A stretch of 62,934 nucleotides of DNA, the filler included. It is 20 parts of 20 records of this genome, joined end to end, with 100 filler letters (N's around TTAATTAATTAA, not from the genome) between each part and the next. Parts side by side here need not be neighbours in the genome. Positions count along the whole stretch, not along the records: positions 34,538 to 36,789 come from SRR16133337_9110; positions 36,890 to 39,521 come from SRR16133337_9232; positions 39,622 to 41,625 come from SRR16133337_9263; positions 41,726 to 47,202 come from SRR16133337_9309; positions 47,303 to 49,810 come from SRR16133337_9375; 15 more parts are not named here. One strand, given 5' to 3'. Positions 36,361-48,829 of this stretch are shown here, one piece after another. Both the position numbers and the translations under genes were made by a program. The notes under the pieces were generated by a model. That model was not told the DNA's origin, did no database searches, and worked only from the letters and a program-made list of their open reading frames with translations. Numbering within the stretch: position 1 is the stretch's first letter; every line of letters starts with the position of its first letter.

Positions 36361-39300
36361 CAACAATGTTGATATGTTGGTGCTAAAAAATACATAAACA
36401 TTTGTCACATGTACAACACACGCAAAAATGCTTCGTCATAATTCTACATCGACACCATGCCCTATTTTCGAATTTTCCTAGAGTGTTTTTGGGCGAATCT
36501 AAATTTTTGAATCCAACTAATCCTGTAAAATGTTTTATCTGCAAATGTAAAACATGCATTGGTTTTGAATCTAGGTACAATGTTCAAAAGATAGACAGTG
36601 AGACTTTTCTCAATAATGTAGTGTGTTTTTAATCGGAGCAAGAATGAAGGGTGGACATTTTTTCAAAGAATCATGTGTGTTTATTTGGGAGAACAAGAAG
36701 TGGACTTTTAAGATATTTTCACATTTAAAAGTGAAAACTCGTAACGCCGGTCTGTAATTTATTTTTTTTCGATTTTCATATTTTGTTCCNNNNNNNNNNN
36801 NNNNNNNNNNNNNNNNNNNNNNNNNNNNNNNNNTTAATTAATTAANNNNNNNNNNNNNNNNNNNNNNNNNNNNNNNNNNNNNNNNNNNNACAAAATTCTT
36901 TTTGAGACGTGGTTTCTTTATCAAAACGAAAACAAACCTCCAGGATTTCTTCGATTTGCTTTTTCAAACATACAGAAGAGTGAGTGGTGTGAGTGTGGCG
37001 AGGACAAAGCACTTGGCCCAACTATTTTAAGTTTTATCTATTTTGTACTCAAATCGATTTTCAACCAGAAACGTCTAAATTGTGTGACAATGTAAAATTG
37101 GACACAATACAATGTAGCCATTTTGATAAGTTTTCGCTGCAACACCCCCATAGCTGCAATTTACTGTGTGAGTTTGAAATTTGTATAAAGCACAAGTAAA
37201 TCACATACTAAGCAAATATTGAAACATACATTTTTTTTATTTCGTTGTATAAAACAAGAGTGATTTTTTCATTTTTTTTTCTGTTTGAAGAAAGTTGTGG
37301 ATAGGTTAACTTTTCTTTGAAAGACATAGCCAGATTGTTTTTGGACATAGTAATTCCTCACCTTCCACTTTCAGCAACAAACATTTCATGTGCACGTGTC
37401 TTTTGCTTTGTGGATTGAAAGCGATGAAATTTGCTGCACAATTGTGTGATGACAGCCACAATTTGTAGTAATGTAGACCAAATCGATTGCAGAAGAGGGA
37501 AATGCGTCTGTCTAATCGGTACAAACATTTCTTGGGGTCAAAGAATTATTGCGTATCAATTCAACAAAGTGTTCTTCTTTGTGCTGTAGAATGTGAGAGA
37601 GTGGTCGGAATGATTGATAAATGCGCAAGAAATTGTGATTAATCTGCGTTTATTTCTATATATGAAGTTTTTGTAAGGTTTTTAAAAGTCCTATTTTATT
37701 TTATATTTATGGCTCAAATTTTGGTACCCCAATCATTTCGCTGTTCTTTCAGCATGGCGAGCAACTTCTGTATCTTTTATCAACCCCACAAATTGCCCTC
37801 AATCAAATACCAAAAATACTCCAAACGACTGCGCATGTCACACAGGTGTGTGAATTCACAATAACAAGTTGTGGCGAAACTCGTGTGTATTTTTGGAGTT
37901 CAGTTGCAAGAAAATGAAAATCTCATGTAAACATGTAATGTCAAACTGTACTGCGAAGAAAATTTCATACCAAAACATTGCCAGCACGCATCCTCGTGTA
38001 CAATCTCACGTTGTTTGAACAAAATCACAACCATGAAAGTGCACAAATATTGCTCAAATCGATTTTTGTGCTCTAAATAAATTCATTGTGCTACAAATAA
38101 TTCACGGTGTGAACCCACCGCTTGTTCCACATTGAAAGGAAAGACGAAAGTAAACAAATGGCCAAGTATTTGACTTTTTGATGCAACAGGTTCGAGCTAT
38201 TCCGTCGCGAAGGTCTTTTTGAGGAGTAACTACAGTTGAGTACGCGTTTAATCGAAAAATGTTAAACAACAGGAGTCTATGAAACACGAGTTTTGACTGT
38301 CGCTGTTTTTAGTATTTTTGGAAAGCGTGGTGATTTTGACACCGCCCACCACAAAATAATGGAGATTCTAAACTAAAGCAGGAATTTGTCAACAGAAAAT
38401 TCCTCTCAACGAGAAATGAAAAGTGTGTAACCATCTGTCCATATTCTGCTTGTGTGGTGAATTTTTCTCGGTGCGCCGTATTTTAACGCATCTATTGCGA
38501 ATCGCACTTTTTGGGACTCTGTGTTGAAGGGAAGGAAAACGAGTGACAGCTTTGCCATTCAGAGCAAATGCTCTTTCTTTTTCTCCAATTCATTTTTTTG
38601 CGATCTTCGGTTGGGCTGAACTCAAACACCCACCATACCTGGATACCACTAGCTCGCTCTTTCCGTATGCGCTCAATCTCATGGAATTAGTATCAGTCTT
38701 TCCCTTTGGCTGTATTTGTTTAGTGCGGTACAGGAAGACAGCGAAGGGGCACCACTTATCTTTTCTTGTTGCACTGGAACTTATCTTTTTTCGTTGGTTT
38801 TCTAGATTCTGGAGGGATGCGCGTTTTTGATGTAACCATGTCCTTCCTAAGCCGACACGCATGAGCAAAAGTCAGCTTCAGTCCTTGAAATTGTGGTGCG
38901 AATCTACCAAATCATTTTCACGGTATTCAACAGCTGCAGGTTGCGAATAAACAGAAATAAATCTATTGGAGCGTCTGTGGCTGCGCGCGACGGGCATTTT
39001 GAATGAAAAACAACTGGTGTGACTGTAAAATGAAAAGACGAAACCGCACATCATCACAATTCAAATAATAAATATTTCATTGGCGTTACTCTCAAAGAGT
39101 TTTCGTTGTATTTCTCATTAATTTTGGCGGGTTCCAAAAAAAAAACGAAATCTTGTTTGTCTCATGCGCAAATTAAAATCCAGGACAAGAACAAAAACAT
39201 TAAAGTTTTGTCCATTTTTGAACATCAAAAGGATTCTTGAATGTGATTGGTGTCCGCGAGCGTCTGTTTCTTCCATAAGGTGTCTTTGGAAATTGTGTAG

Positions 39301-39632
39301 GAGGATTTGCGAGGAGGAAAATTCTTTTTGGATATTTTTTTGGAAAACACACATGCTTGGAGATACACCTTTTTTGGAACTCGTCAATTAACAATCCGAA
39401 ACTTGCAGAGAGTATGTAATTTGGATTTACTTCTAACTGTTCAGTAAGCAGCGTTTAATACATTAAGCCCCACATCCTTTCTACAGACGATTTTGTTGGT
39501 GATTTTCAAATCGAAAAAGTANNNNNNNNNNNNNNNNNNNNNNNNNNNNNNNNNNNNNNNNNNNNTTAATTAATTAANNNNNNNNNNNNNNNNNNNNNNN
39601 NNNNNNNNNNNNNNNNNNNNNTTTTATATTAC

Positions 39633-41316
39633 CTGAGCGTTCAGCTGCTCCGGGTATGAGATTTTCTATAAATACATCAGCTTTAGAAACGAGTTTTGCT
39701 AAAAGTTCTGCATCTTTAGGATTTTTTATATCGAGTTCTAGTGATTCTTTTCCTCTATTAAGCCAAACCCAGTACGAACACAAACCCTAAACGAACAAAA
39801 AACAATAAACATAACATCAAACAAAAGAATTAGATTCTTAATTCAGTACTCAATTCATACAGATTTAAATCGCTCGTTGTGTGTCGGTTCAGATATATTG
39901 TATGTTCAGGATTGTCACATTTTTTTTAAAAAATATAATACATCGAACCCTAAGCACAGCCTGTAAACCTGTGAAATGCATTTTGAAAGAAAGTATGAAG
40001 CGAAAACACAGTTTTGCCAATTGTTTGTCCGGAAATGTTTTAAATACAGGATATTTTAATGAAAAACTCCCACCGCACCCTACACCACTCCACTTCCACC
40101 ATACACCCGTTTTCACGGATCTAATATTTCAAATTTAAAGTGGAGTCCGTGGGAGATGGGTGGGTTCGTGAACTTTATAATTTCCCAAATGTTCGATTTT
40201 CGATGTGTAGTGAGTGGGGTGGGTGTATTTGACGAAAATTAGTACCTTATTTTTTTTCGAATTCTCACCAACAAAGAAAATACAAAAAATGAAATGAATT
40301 TTACTGATTTCGCAAATTTTTGATTTATGGATTTTTTGTATGTGGAAATGAAACCACACCCTACACACAAACGAAGATTTTGTTTTTTTCAAGACACTTA
40401 CATTAACTACGTGATCGTAATGTCTACAAAAGTCCCCAACGCCTTTTCGTTCTACTTTAATTACACGTGCACCTCCTTCAACAAGCTTCGCAGTACAAAA
40501 AGGGGCAGCTACTGCCTAAAAATAAAAAATTACAAATTACGTTACCACAAGAACCATCCCAATTTCATCAACCATGGCTTAAGTATTTCAATGATTTTTC
40601 GTACTCCACAAATATTGGAAAAACAAACACCAAAATATAACATGATGTATTAATCTACACAAAGAAAACGCGTCATAGACCCTGTACTGGATGTAATTTT
40701 ATTCGGACCTACAGTCTAGCAATTACAAGTGCTAACGGTGTAAGAACCCCTCGCTCCACCCCCTAAAACACTTTTTCTGGTGATTTTCAAATGAAAAAGT
40801 AGTGATTTTGAAAAAACAATGAGGATTTCGAAGTGTGAGTGTTCTTAGAGTGGAGGGTGTGTGTGTGTGTTCTTCCTCCATTAGCCTTGTGTGTAACAGC
40901 GTTTGGACATCGTTATCAAGCTTAAAAGCTTAAGTTCTACGGTTCAAAAAGCATATTCTTTCAAATGGAGGCGCTCAAGAACTAATGTGTAGCGACAAAT
41001 GGAATAAGTTGTTTTTTATGTTTAACCGCCGGCCAGCAGCCAAGCTCAGAGACTCCCTCCAAAGACCATCAAAAGCCACGGCTTCTAATTGTGTACGAAT
41101 TTTCGAAACCAAACGAAAATCAACTTCAAACTTCGCATATTTTTGTTGACACCCACAAAATCCACAACAGAATTTTACCTGTTCCAGAGCAACAACTAGT
41201 AGTCCTTCATACGGTTTCATTACACCACGAGAGCAAGAGGAAAACAATTTCTGTTGAAAGGCCGACGGAGTCGAAAATTTCCGTGAAAAGCGCCGGAGGA
41301 CGAGATTCCCCAGCAT
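39633..41316 (-). CDS. CoA-transferase family III (CaiB/BaiF), exons 41316-41179, 40515-40402, 39786-39633; partial
   Basis: Spliced translation MLGNLVLRRFSRKFS...KPYEGLLVVALEQ|AVAAPFCTAKLVEGGARVIKVERKGVGDFCRHYDHVVN|GLCSYWVWLNRGKESLELDIK...ADVFIENLIPG. Phase-0 GT-AG introns; Arg/Ser-rich leader suggests mitochondrial targeting. Confidence 0.9.
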
Positions 41317-41725
41317 TGTTATGCTAGTGAAAGACGCACAGTTCGTTGCCGCAACCGCCGAAATGCAACAAATGATTATTAGAGTCACTTAGGTAGTTTG
41401 CTTTTTCAGTGTTATAGGGCAACGACACTTTCAACTCTCTGTTCTGATTTTATTTTCGTCATCTTACTGTTGCTTGCGCGCAAAAATGGTGGAGTTCCAC
41501 GTTGTGGAGCAGGTTATTGGTGGCATTTTTGCCTTTTTGGCGGTGGTGTCAACCTCAGCTCAAATTTACCTCCATTATTCATACAATTGCCACCCTTTCA
41601 TGCGAAGAAGAACAATGAGGTAAAANNNNNNNNNNNNNNNNNNNNNNNNNNNNNNNNNNNNNNNNNNNNTTAATTAATTAANNNNNNNNNNNNNNNNNNN
41701 NNNNNNNNNNNNNNNNNNNNNNNNN

Positions 41726-44700
41726 GGTATAGACATGACGCGGTAAATTTCCCTACTTCTAAAACTAGGATTTGGGTGAAAATTCTCAGTCCAATACATA
41801 AAAAAAAATATTCAAGGATTTATTGTAAGGATACAGATAAATATAAGAAAAGTAAAGTGCTGTAAGCAATAAATGAGAAGAATTTAACCTCAAGATATCA
41901 AACTATGAATATATATCAAAAGCAATTGTCAAGGTTGACTACCACTACATGTGATGTAAAAGAAGAGATAGGATAGGGATTTCAAAGGATGCAAGGAAGA
42001 ACACTGCACAGCACAAAACTAATCCATAGAAAATTTTACCGTCTTATCTGAGCCATATGGCCCAAATAAAACCAAGTATTATATAAATAGGAAAAAAATA
42101 GACTATACAGGACAATGTTTATCCCTGCATCCCTGATCATATAACCTTAAAAGTAAAACCATGGTCGCCCCTTTTCACAAGTATGAAAATTAGTCTACAG
42201 TTATCATTATTTATTAACAGAAACAAACAAAACAAACTGGTCGACATTATTAATCATTACCGCGTCGGGACAACCCGGTCTCCATCAATCCTTTTAACTA
42301 AAAATTAACCAATGCCTTTTATAGTTTTTAGAGATATATCAACTAATTAGATTTCTAGTTAAATTGTCACAAAATTATTTTGAATAAATTTTTTTTGTTA
42401 AAAGAGAAATTGCCACAAAATTATTACAATTATTATTGCAAGCTTAGATAAACCAGGTATACAAATACATTGAAATATCTCTATAGCTATTTTAAGGTTT
42501 AAATTTGTTGCTGTATTTCAGCGTATATGTATACAGTTAATCATACCTGAAATGCTTTTTTAAAAAGTTGATTCAAGGAGTAAATATCTTTAATGAATTT
42601 AAAGCCAGTTCAGCATTATTTTTTTTCCCCCCATTTCAAAGTTATCCTTAGAAAAAAAAGAGCAAAAAAAATTGCTCAATAAATCCTTGTCTTTTTATGA
42701 TCGTAATATTCCGATGAGGGCGAGGTGTGTGGAGTGGGGCGCGTTGAAGGTGGTTTGACTGCAGCTCAAGGGAGACACCTCAAAGCTGGTAATACGTCAT
42801 TGTGCTTCAAGGATACAAGGGATAGGTAGTCTTAGGGCTCTATCATACTTCTACAATCATCACACTGTAAATGGGCACCCACATAATCCTCATCAGATAA
42901 AATCATTCCTATAATAAAAGATTAAGAATTAGAATTGTGAATTATACCTACAAAATAAATGTAAGATCCGGCATTTTAATATTTTATCCTGGGTCAAAAA
43001 CCAGGCGCGAATACAGCTGCTTGTACTTACTATTGCGTAACAATAGATCCCTGGTGCTTTTAATATGCATTACAAAATTTTGCTTTAAAGGAATTCTATT
43101 TTTAAGCCTGGAATTAAATAAAAACAATGACATAATCAAAATTTCTATGTTTAAAAGAGATGCTATGGAATCTGTTATATAATTAGGGGCTCCAAGTAAC
43201 ATAAAGCTCTGATCAAATTGAATATTTGTATTTTCTAGATATTTTTCAAAGTAATCTGAAACAAAACTTACAGTTGTTGGGCAATTTATAAAAAAATGTG
43301 AGATAGTTTCTTTTGGGGCTGGAAGAGCTTTAGAAATAGTGCAAAAAGTACAGGCCGCGGACACATCTACTGAAAAATGAGAAATGCTACTGTTTAATTT
43401 TAAATAGTTATTAAAGAGCTTAAAACCAAAATTTCTATGTTCTATTGAAAGAAAGTTATACTGCCAAGTATTATACCATCTAGATTCTCGTTGTATATCT
43501 ACTTCATTTAAATTACACCACAAGTATCTATTTCTAGATGTACTTATGGTTTTATAATCAAGATTTTTTTTTCTAGAAAAGAATTCTCTGAAATTTTTAG
43601 ATTTTAATTTAGGTTTTTTAAAATAATCTTCAATTCTTTTGTTAGGGTTGACTAATTTATCTTTATAAAGAGATACACAATTTCTAATCATTGAATTCAA
43701 GCGAAAAAATTCCATGAAATTAAGTTGGATATTAGTTTTAATTTTAAAAGATTCATAAGATAATATCTTATTGTCAATTGATATAACGTCACAAAATTTT
43801 AAAGATTTTATTAAATTTTCATTATTGTTCCAAGTTTGATGAGTGAATATGGCTCTAGAAATTGTATTTAGTTGGTTGTCATAGAAAGCAGGGTTGTCAA
43901 ATATTCTTAAGTCATGAATATTAGCGTTATCAATCCAATATAACTGGCTAAATTCTTTATAAGAAGAAACAATTCTGTGTAAAATAGGATTTGTTGAAAA
44001 ATCTATATTATCTTTGAAATAAAATTTATCCTCAGTGCTTATAGAGGCTCTGTGTAACTCATTTGTCCAAGTATCATTTATATTTAAAGATTTCTTAAAA
44101 AGTAAAATATCCATTGATTTAAGAAAATCTCGAATATTGGGAATCCCTAAACCACCATGGTTAGCGGATGAGAAAATCTTGTTTTTGGCAACCCTATTAC
44201 TTTGATTTATAAAATTGATAATCAATTTTTCAATATTATTAATTACATTCTCAGGGGGGGTAAGAACAGTGCCTAAATAAGTTATTTGTGGTAAAATAAA
44301 AGTTTTGATAATTGTTATCTTGCCAGGAACACTTAAGCCAAGAATGCCCCAAAAATTTCTAATCTTATTCATTTTTCTCAAACATTTTTCCCAGTTTTGA
44401 TCCATTCTTTCCAATCTATTATCAAAGATTAAACCTAACATTTTGAATTCATTAACAATTTCAAACCCAAGAGAATTAGCATACTCAAGAAAATTGTTAT
44501 CATTAATATTATTTCCCACCAAACATATTTTTGTTTTACTTGTGTTAATCTTAAGACCTGACATGTTACCAAAATTATTTAAAAGAGTATAGCAAGCATT
44601 GAGACTCTGTATATTAGGCTTAAAAAATATATCCCCATCATCAGCAAAAAAGGAGGCAGGGTCAGGGGTAAAGTCGGGAGGTACATTAAATGGAATTTGT

Positions 44701-47189
44701 GGTGGTATAGAAATGTGTAGGTTAATAATTATCTTAATGACAAGCGGGTTTAGACCTACTTTAAAATAAGGACATGATGGGCGATCTCCTTGGAGGCTTC
44801 CTAAGGCTATCATAAAGTTAGTAGTTATTCCAGTGTTAGTTATTATGTGACCATATCTTGAATTCAAGCATGTTCTAACAAGATTAATAAAATTCGGTCC
44901 AAAATTAAAAGTTTCTAACACATCTATTAGGTAATCATGGCTTAAAGTATCAAATGCGGCTCTAAAATCCAAATTTAAAATGCCAAGAGAAGTATTTGTT
45001 TTTATTGATTTAGATATTAGCTCATACATAGTGATCAATCCTTCCTGAATACAGTATTTTGAGGAATACCCTTTTTGTGCTCTATAAACTATCTTATCAA
45101 TGACAGAATTAAGACGTAGTGCAATAACTCCTGTAAATAGTTTAGTTGGGGCAGGGAGATTAGCAATAGGTCTAGCATTAGAAATCTTTGTATGATCAAC
45201 AGGGCCATTTTTAGGGATGAGCCTTATGCTGGAACAACGTAAGAGAGGGCTTAACTCTTTTTTCCTAACCATACTGTTAAAACCTTTTAAAAATGGAATT
45301 CTTAGAAAATCCCAAAACTTCCTTATAGCCTTAATGTGAAAACCATCTGCACCACTACAAGAGTTGAAGTTAGAAGAATTTAAAGATTGTTGTAACTCTT
45401 CCATTGTTATTTCATTTTCTAGAGATGCTTTATCAATATCAGATAATTTATGATTATTAAGAATAGGATGATCCCAATCGTCTCCAAAGAATTCCCTTAA
45501 GGAAATGTTTGGTTTAAAAGGTTTTTCAAATTTGTCTTTAAAATGTTTTACTAAGTAATTATCTCTTTCCTTAGTGTTTGCAAAGTTAAGCCCATTTGAA
45601 TCCTTTAATTGATCTAAAATGTCGGATTTCTTGGAATTATTTAACAATTTTGAATAATATTTTGAAGAACCTTTTTCTGAATTAACAATATTAAAATATT
45701 TAAAATTCTCAAGAGCTCTCATATTTTCCTTATCCTCTATTTCAGTAAGCCTTAATTCTAAATTTTGAATAGAATCTATATTACTTTTTGACCAAACATG
45801 TGTGCTATTTTTAAGCTTATTAATTTGCAATAAAATATCCTTTTTTTCAGAACAAAGATTTTTTACGTAATTGCTTTGAAAACTTATTGTAGAATTTTTT
45901 ATGCAATTTAGTAAAATGTCAAGGAATAAGTCATATTCAATATTTAAAGGAAATTCATAACATTCATCAATTGAAGGAAAATTGTTACACAAAGTATTGA
46001 TTTTTTCATCACGTATGATAATCCATGTTTTTACAAAAAGGTCATTTTGAAAATTGCATTGTTGTAACAAGTTTCTTTCAATGTTTAATCTAGTTATTGT
46101 TTGAAGACATTCATTGAGGAAAGCCTTATTTTCTATTTCAAAATATTGTAGTATGCAAAAGTAAACTTCAAATTTGATGCTTTCATACAGAAAAGGAATA
46201 TCAAGTAAAGAAGGGTCAATTTTTTTAGGTTTAAATACATTTGAATTTTTACTTTCCATAACAACTGCCTTGTGATCAAAATTAGAAATCTTAGAATCTA
46301 CATAATAACATTTGTTAAAAACATCAACAAGCGAAGGAGATATTAAGAAATTATCAATGCGAGATCTATTCTTTTTTGTTTTGTCATAAGGTATATAAGA
46401 AAATTCCAATTTATTAGGATGAATGAAGCGAAAAAGATCAATGGCAAACCCCTCATTAATCCAATCAACTAAATTTCTGCAATGATTAATATTAGGAAGA
46501 GAAGACATGCATATAGTATCCAAATTTCCCGATTTAGGGCAAAGACTAGTATCAGTTAGAGTTGGTATTGCATTAAGATCACCGCCCAATATAAAACAAT
46601 CATTATTTATAGATTTAATCTTTTCTTTTAAAGAAATGTAGAAATTCATATTATCTTTGTCTAAAGGACCATATGTGCAAACTAAACTAAACCTAAAATT
46701 GTTAATGTGCAAATCAAGTAATAAAACATTTTCGCAAAGTGAATGATAGCTTTTAAAAACCTTGAAATTTAAATTTTGCTTTATCAAAATAGCACAACCC
46801 CTCTTTGCCTTAGAACTATTTATAAAAACATCAAAACTCCCATATTTTGAGAATTGAATGACTTTTTTTAATGAAGACTCTTTTGTTCCTACTCTGACGT
46901 CCTGTAAAAGGATTACGTCACTAGATTGTTTAAGAATGTGATTGATTTTTGATCCAAATTTATCAATAATTGGAATATTATGGTCACGTGATCCTAGGTT
47001 TAAAGAATTTACATTCTGTGTCTGAAACTTAACATTTCTTAATGCATTCATATCTAAATTAGGATTATTTCTGTCATCGAGATTGATATTATGTTCTTCA
47101 AAAATTAAACTACCCATTACAAATTAATAAACATAAAACTTTAAAATATTTCAATATTATAAAAAATGATGTTTATTAATTTGTAATGG
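41726..47189 (-). mobile_element. Non-LTR retrotransposon (L1/Tx1-like): ORF2 plus ~1.26 kb downstream region
   Basis: The whole contig is a single intronless EN-RT ORF plus AT-rich flanks. Confidence 0.85.
42984..47117 (-). CDS. LINE ORF2: AP-endonuclease + reverse transcriptase + C-terminal CCHC zinc finger
   Basis: EN motifs QNVNSL, LLQD, CTYGP, GGDLN, SRIDNFL, FDHK; RT motifs RPIANL, LDFRAAFD, QGDRPS, FADD; zinc finger CTFC...ETISHFFINC; 1377 aa uninterrupted. Confidence 0.95.
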   Translation of the reverse strand: MGSLIFEEHNINLDDRNNPNLDMNALRNVKFQTQNVNSLNLGSRDHNIPIIDKFGSKINHILKQSSDVILLQDVRVGTKESSLKKVIQFSKYGSFDVFINSSKAKRGCAILIKQNLNFKVFKSYHSLCENVLLLDLHINNFRFSLVCTYGPLDKDNMNFYISLKEKIKSINNDCFILGGDLNAIPTLTDTSLCPKSGNLDTICMSSLPNINHCRNLVDWINEGFAIDLFRFIHPNKLEFSYIPYDKTKKNRSRIDNFLISPSLVDVFNKCYYVDSKISNFDHKAVVMESKNSNVFKPKKIDPSLLDIPFLYESIKFEVYFCILQYFEIENKAFLNECLQTITRLNIERNLLQQCNFQNDLFVKTWIIIRDEKINTLCNNFPSIDECYEFPLNIEYDLFLDILLNCIKNSTISFQSNYVKNLCSEKKDILLQINKLKNSTHVWSKSNIDSIQNLELRLTEIEDKENMRALENFKYFNIVNSEKGSSKYYSKLLNNSKKSDILDQLKDSNGLNFANTKERDNYLVKHFKDKFEKPFKPNISLREFFGDDWDHPILNNHKLSDIDKASLENEITMEELQQSLNSSNFNSCSGADGFHIKAIRKFWDFLRIPFLKGFNSMVRKKELSPLLRCSSIRLIPKNGPVDHTKISNARPIANLPAPTKLFTGVIALRLNSVIDKIVYRAQKGYSSKYCIQEGLITMYELISKSIKTNTSLGILNLDFRAAFDTLSHDYLIDVLETFNFGPNFINLVRTCLNSRYGHIITNTGITTNFMIALGSLQGDRPSCPYFKVGLNPLVIKIIINLHISIPPQIPFNVPPDFTPDPASFFADDGDIFFKPNIQSLNACYTLLNNFGNMSGLKINTSKTKICLVGNNINDNNFLEYANSLGFEIVNEFKMLGLIFDNRLERMDQNWEKCLRKMNKIRNFWGILGLSVPGKITIIKTFILPQITYLGTVLTPPENVINNIEKLIINFINQSNRVAKNKIFSSANHGGLGIPNIRDFLKSMDILLFKKSLNINDTWTNELHRASISTEDKFYFKDNIDFSTNPILHRIVSSYKEFSQLYWIDNANIHDLRIFDNPAFYDNQLNTISRAIFTHQTWNNNENLIKSLKFCDVISIDNKILSYESFKIKTNIQLNFMEFFRLNSMIRNCVSLYKDKLVNPNKRIEDYFKKPKLKSKNFREFFSRKKNLDYKTISTSRNRYLWCNLNEVDIQRESRWYNTWQYNFLSIEHRNFGFKLFNNYLKLNSSISHFSVDVSAACTFCTISKALPAPKETISHFFINCPTTVSFVSDYFEKYLENTNIQFDQSFMLLGAPNYITDSIASLLNIEILIMSLFLFNSRLKNRIPLKQNFVMHIKSTRDLLLRNSKYKQLYSRLVFDPG

Positions 47190-47202
47190 AGATCGGAAGA
47201 GC
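47190..47202 (+). other. Illumina adapter remnant
   Basis: AGATCGGAAGAGC at the contig end. Confidence 0.97.
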
Positions 47203-47395
47203 NNNNNNNNNNNNNNNNNNNNNNNNNNNNNNNNNNNNNNNNNNNNTTAATTAATTAANNNNNNNNNNNNNNNNNNNNNNNNNNNNNNNNNNNNNNNNNN
47301 NNTGCACACTATATATTGTGATCTTGCCTAAAACTCGAAAACTTGAATTGTTTCAAACAACGTGAATTTGTGTTTTGTGTGTGTATAATTTGTAG

Positions 47396-48829
47396 GTGAG
47401 GAATGTGATGATGGCGATGAGGACAACTTTGACTCTTGCAGAAATGATTGTACTCTTCCGTATTGTGGTGATGGAATTAAAGACAGAGGTAACTAAAAAA
47501 TGGTTTGGCTATTTTTTTAAACACACATTTTAATTGTGAATTCTTTTGTTTTGAAGTTGTTGGTGTAATCACGAAAATCTAATTTTTCGAACAACAATTC
47601 CGTTGGGCAGTGGCAGAAAATACGCGTTTTTTTTTGTTTGGTTTTAAATCAGATGTGGGAGTTTTTTTCCACAAATGCACAGAAAATATGAGTATTTAAA
47701 ATATTGCGACTTTCTTTTTTAGACGAAGAATGTGATGATGGTAACAGAGTAAACGAAGATGACTGTAGGAACGACTGTACCCTTCCATTCTGCGGTGATG
47801 GAATCGTTGATGAGGGAGAATTGTGTGATGATGGAAATAGAAACAACGAAGATGAATGCGATGAAAATTGCCACGGTATGTTTCCACTGTTTCAGTTCAA
47901 TCAAATTAAAATTAATTTGGAACGCAGACGATACTAAAAGGGCATAAAAATGAAAATACAATTACTCGGTACGGTTATTTTGAAAAACGGCAGCTTCAAA
48001 ATCTTGTCGTAGGTTCTGACGACATATCAAATTTACTAGTTGTTGACGCCAAGTGTTTCCCACACACAGATAAGTCCCACTAGCCAAGGAAAATGGTCAT
48101 GTTGTTTTTACTGGTTCTTGTTCTCATGAACCCACTGGAATGCAGGCCCAACGACCTCGAACAACCGGACATTTCAGGTGTTGAAGAGCATCAGAGTAGA
48201 GAAGCACCACTAAGGAAAGAGCTGTGATTTCGTACCTGCTCGATCACATATCAGGAATTTGCACTCCCCAGCGTTGTGAAATTTCTTGCCAAAAGGACAA
48301 TATGCGATGTGGGTTTCTTTTTAGACGCGAAAAAAGTGCGAGACTTAAAAAATGTGCGAAAACTGTCTCTCTTTTTTTCTCTTCTTCTTTTGTGTCGAAG
48401 CGAGATAAATGCTGAATTGTGGTGAAATGTGCTTCTGGCATAAGCACCAACCTCCACACACAGCTTTTTTTTCCCTTGATGTGTGATTTCCGAAATGAAA
48501 TCGGCGAATTCGAAGAAACTTTTTTGTCACATTGTGTAATTGTGTTTTCACAAAGTTTTAATCTCCATTCCAAGAACCTTGTGGTTCAATATCTAACTTG
48601 TAGTCGTCGCATTTGTTTGTTTTTAGTGTGTCCGGATTTGTACTATATTCCAGAAAAAACATTTGTATGCTCAATTTCATGCGATGGTGATGGTATTTTC
48701 CAAGCAGGTGTCCACGATTTAGAAACTTTCAATGCTGATTGGTTTTACCCTGGAACGACGTGGTTCGATACAGAGTTTGATTGTTGGTGCAACGCAGTTT
48801 GCGAACCTCCTCCAGATGGACACACTTTC
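47396..48829 (+). CDS. Spliced surface protein with Myxococcus-type cysteine-rich repeats (DUF4215-like); exons 47396-47488, 47723-47875, 48627-48829
   Basis: GEECDDGDEDNFDSCRNDCTLPYCGDG and EECDDGNRVNEDDCRNDCTLPFCGDGIVDEGELCDDGN match CGDG...EeCDDGN...dgC...C; AG/GT borders present. Confidence 0.8.

Noticed and set aside
42880-42900. CTGATGA (hammerhead core) downstream of LINE ORF2
   Set aside because: No stem II followed by GAAA.
47114-47189. Perfect 21-bp inverted repeat covering the LINE ORF2 start codon
   Set aside because: The second arm abuts the Illumina adapter at the contig end, typical of a library hairpin or fill-in chimera.
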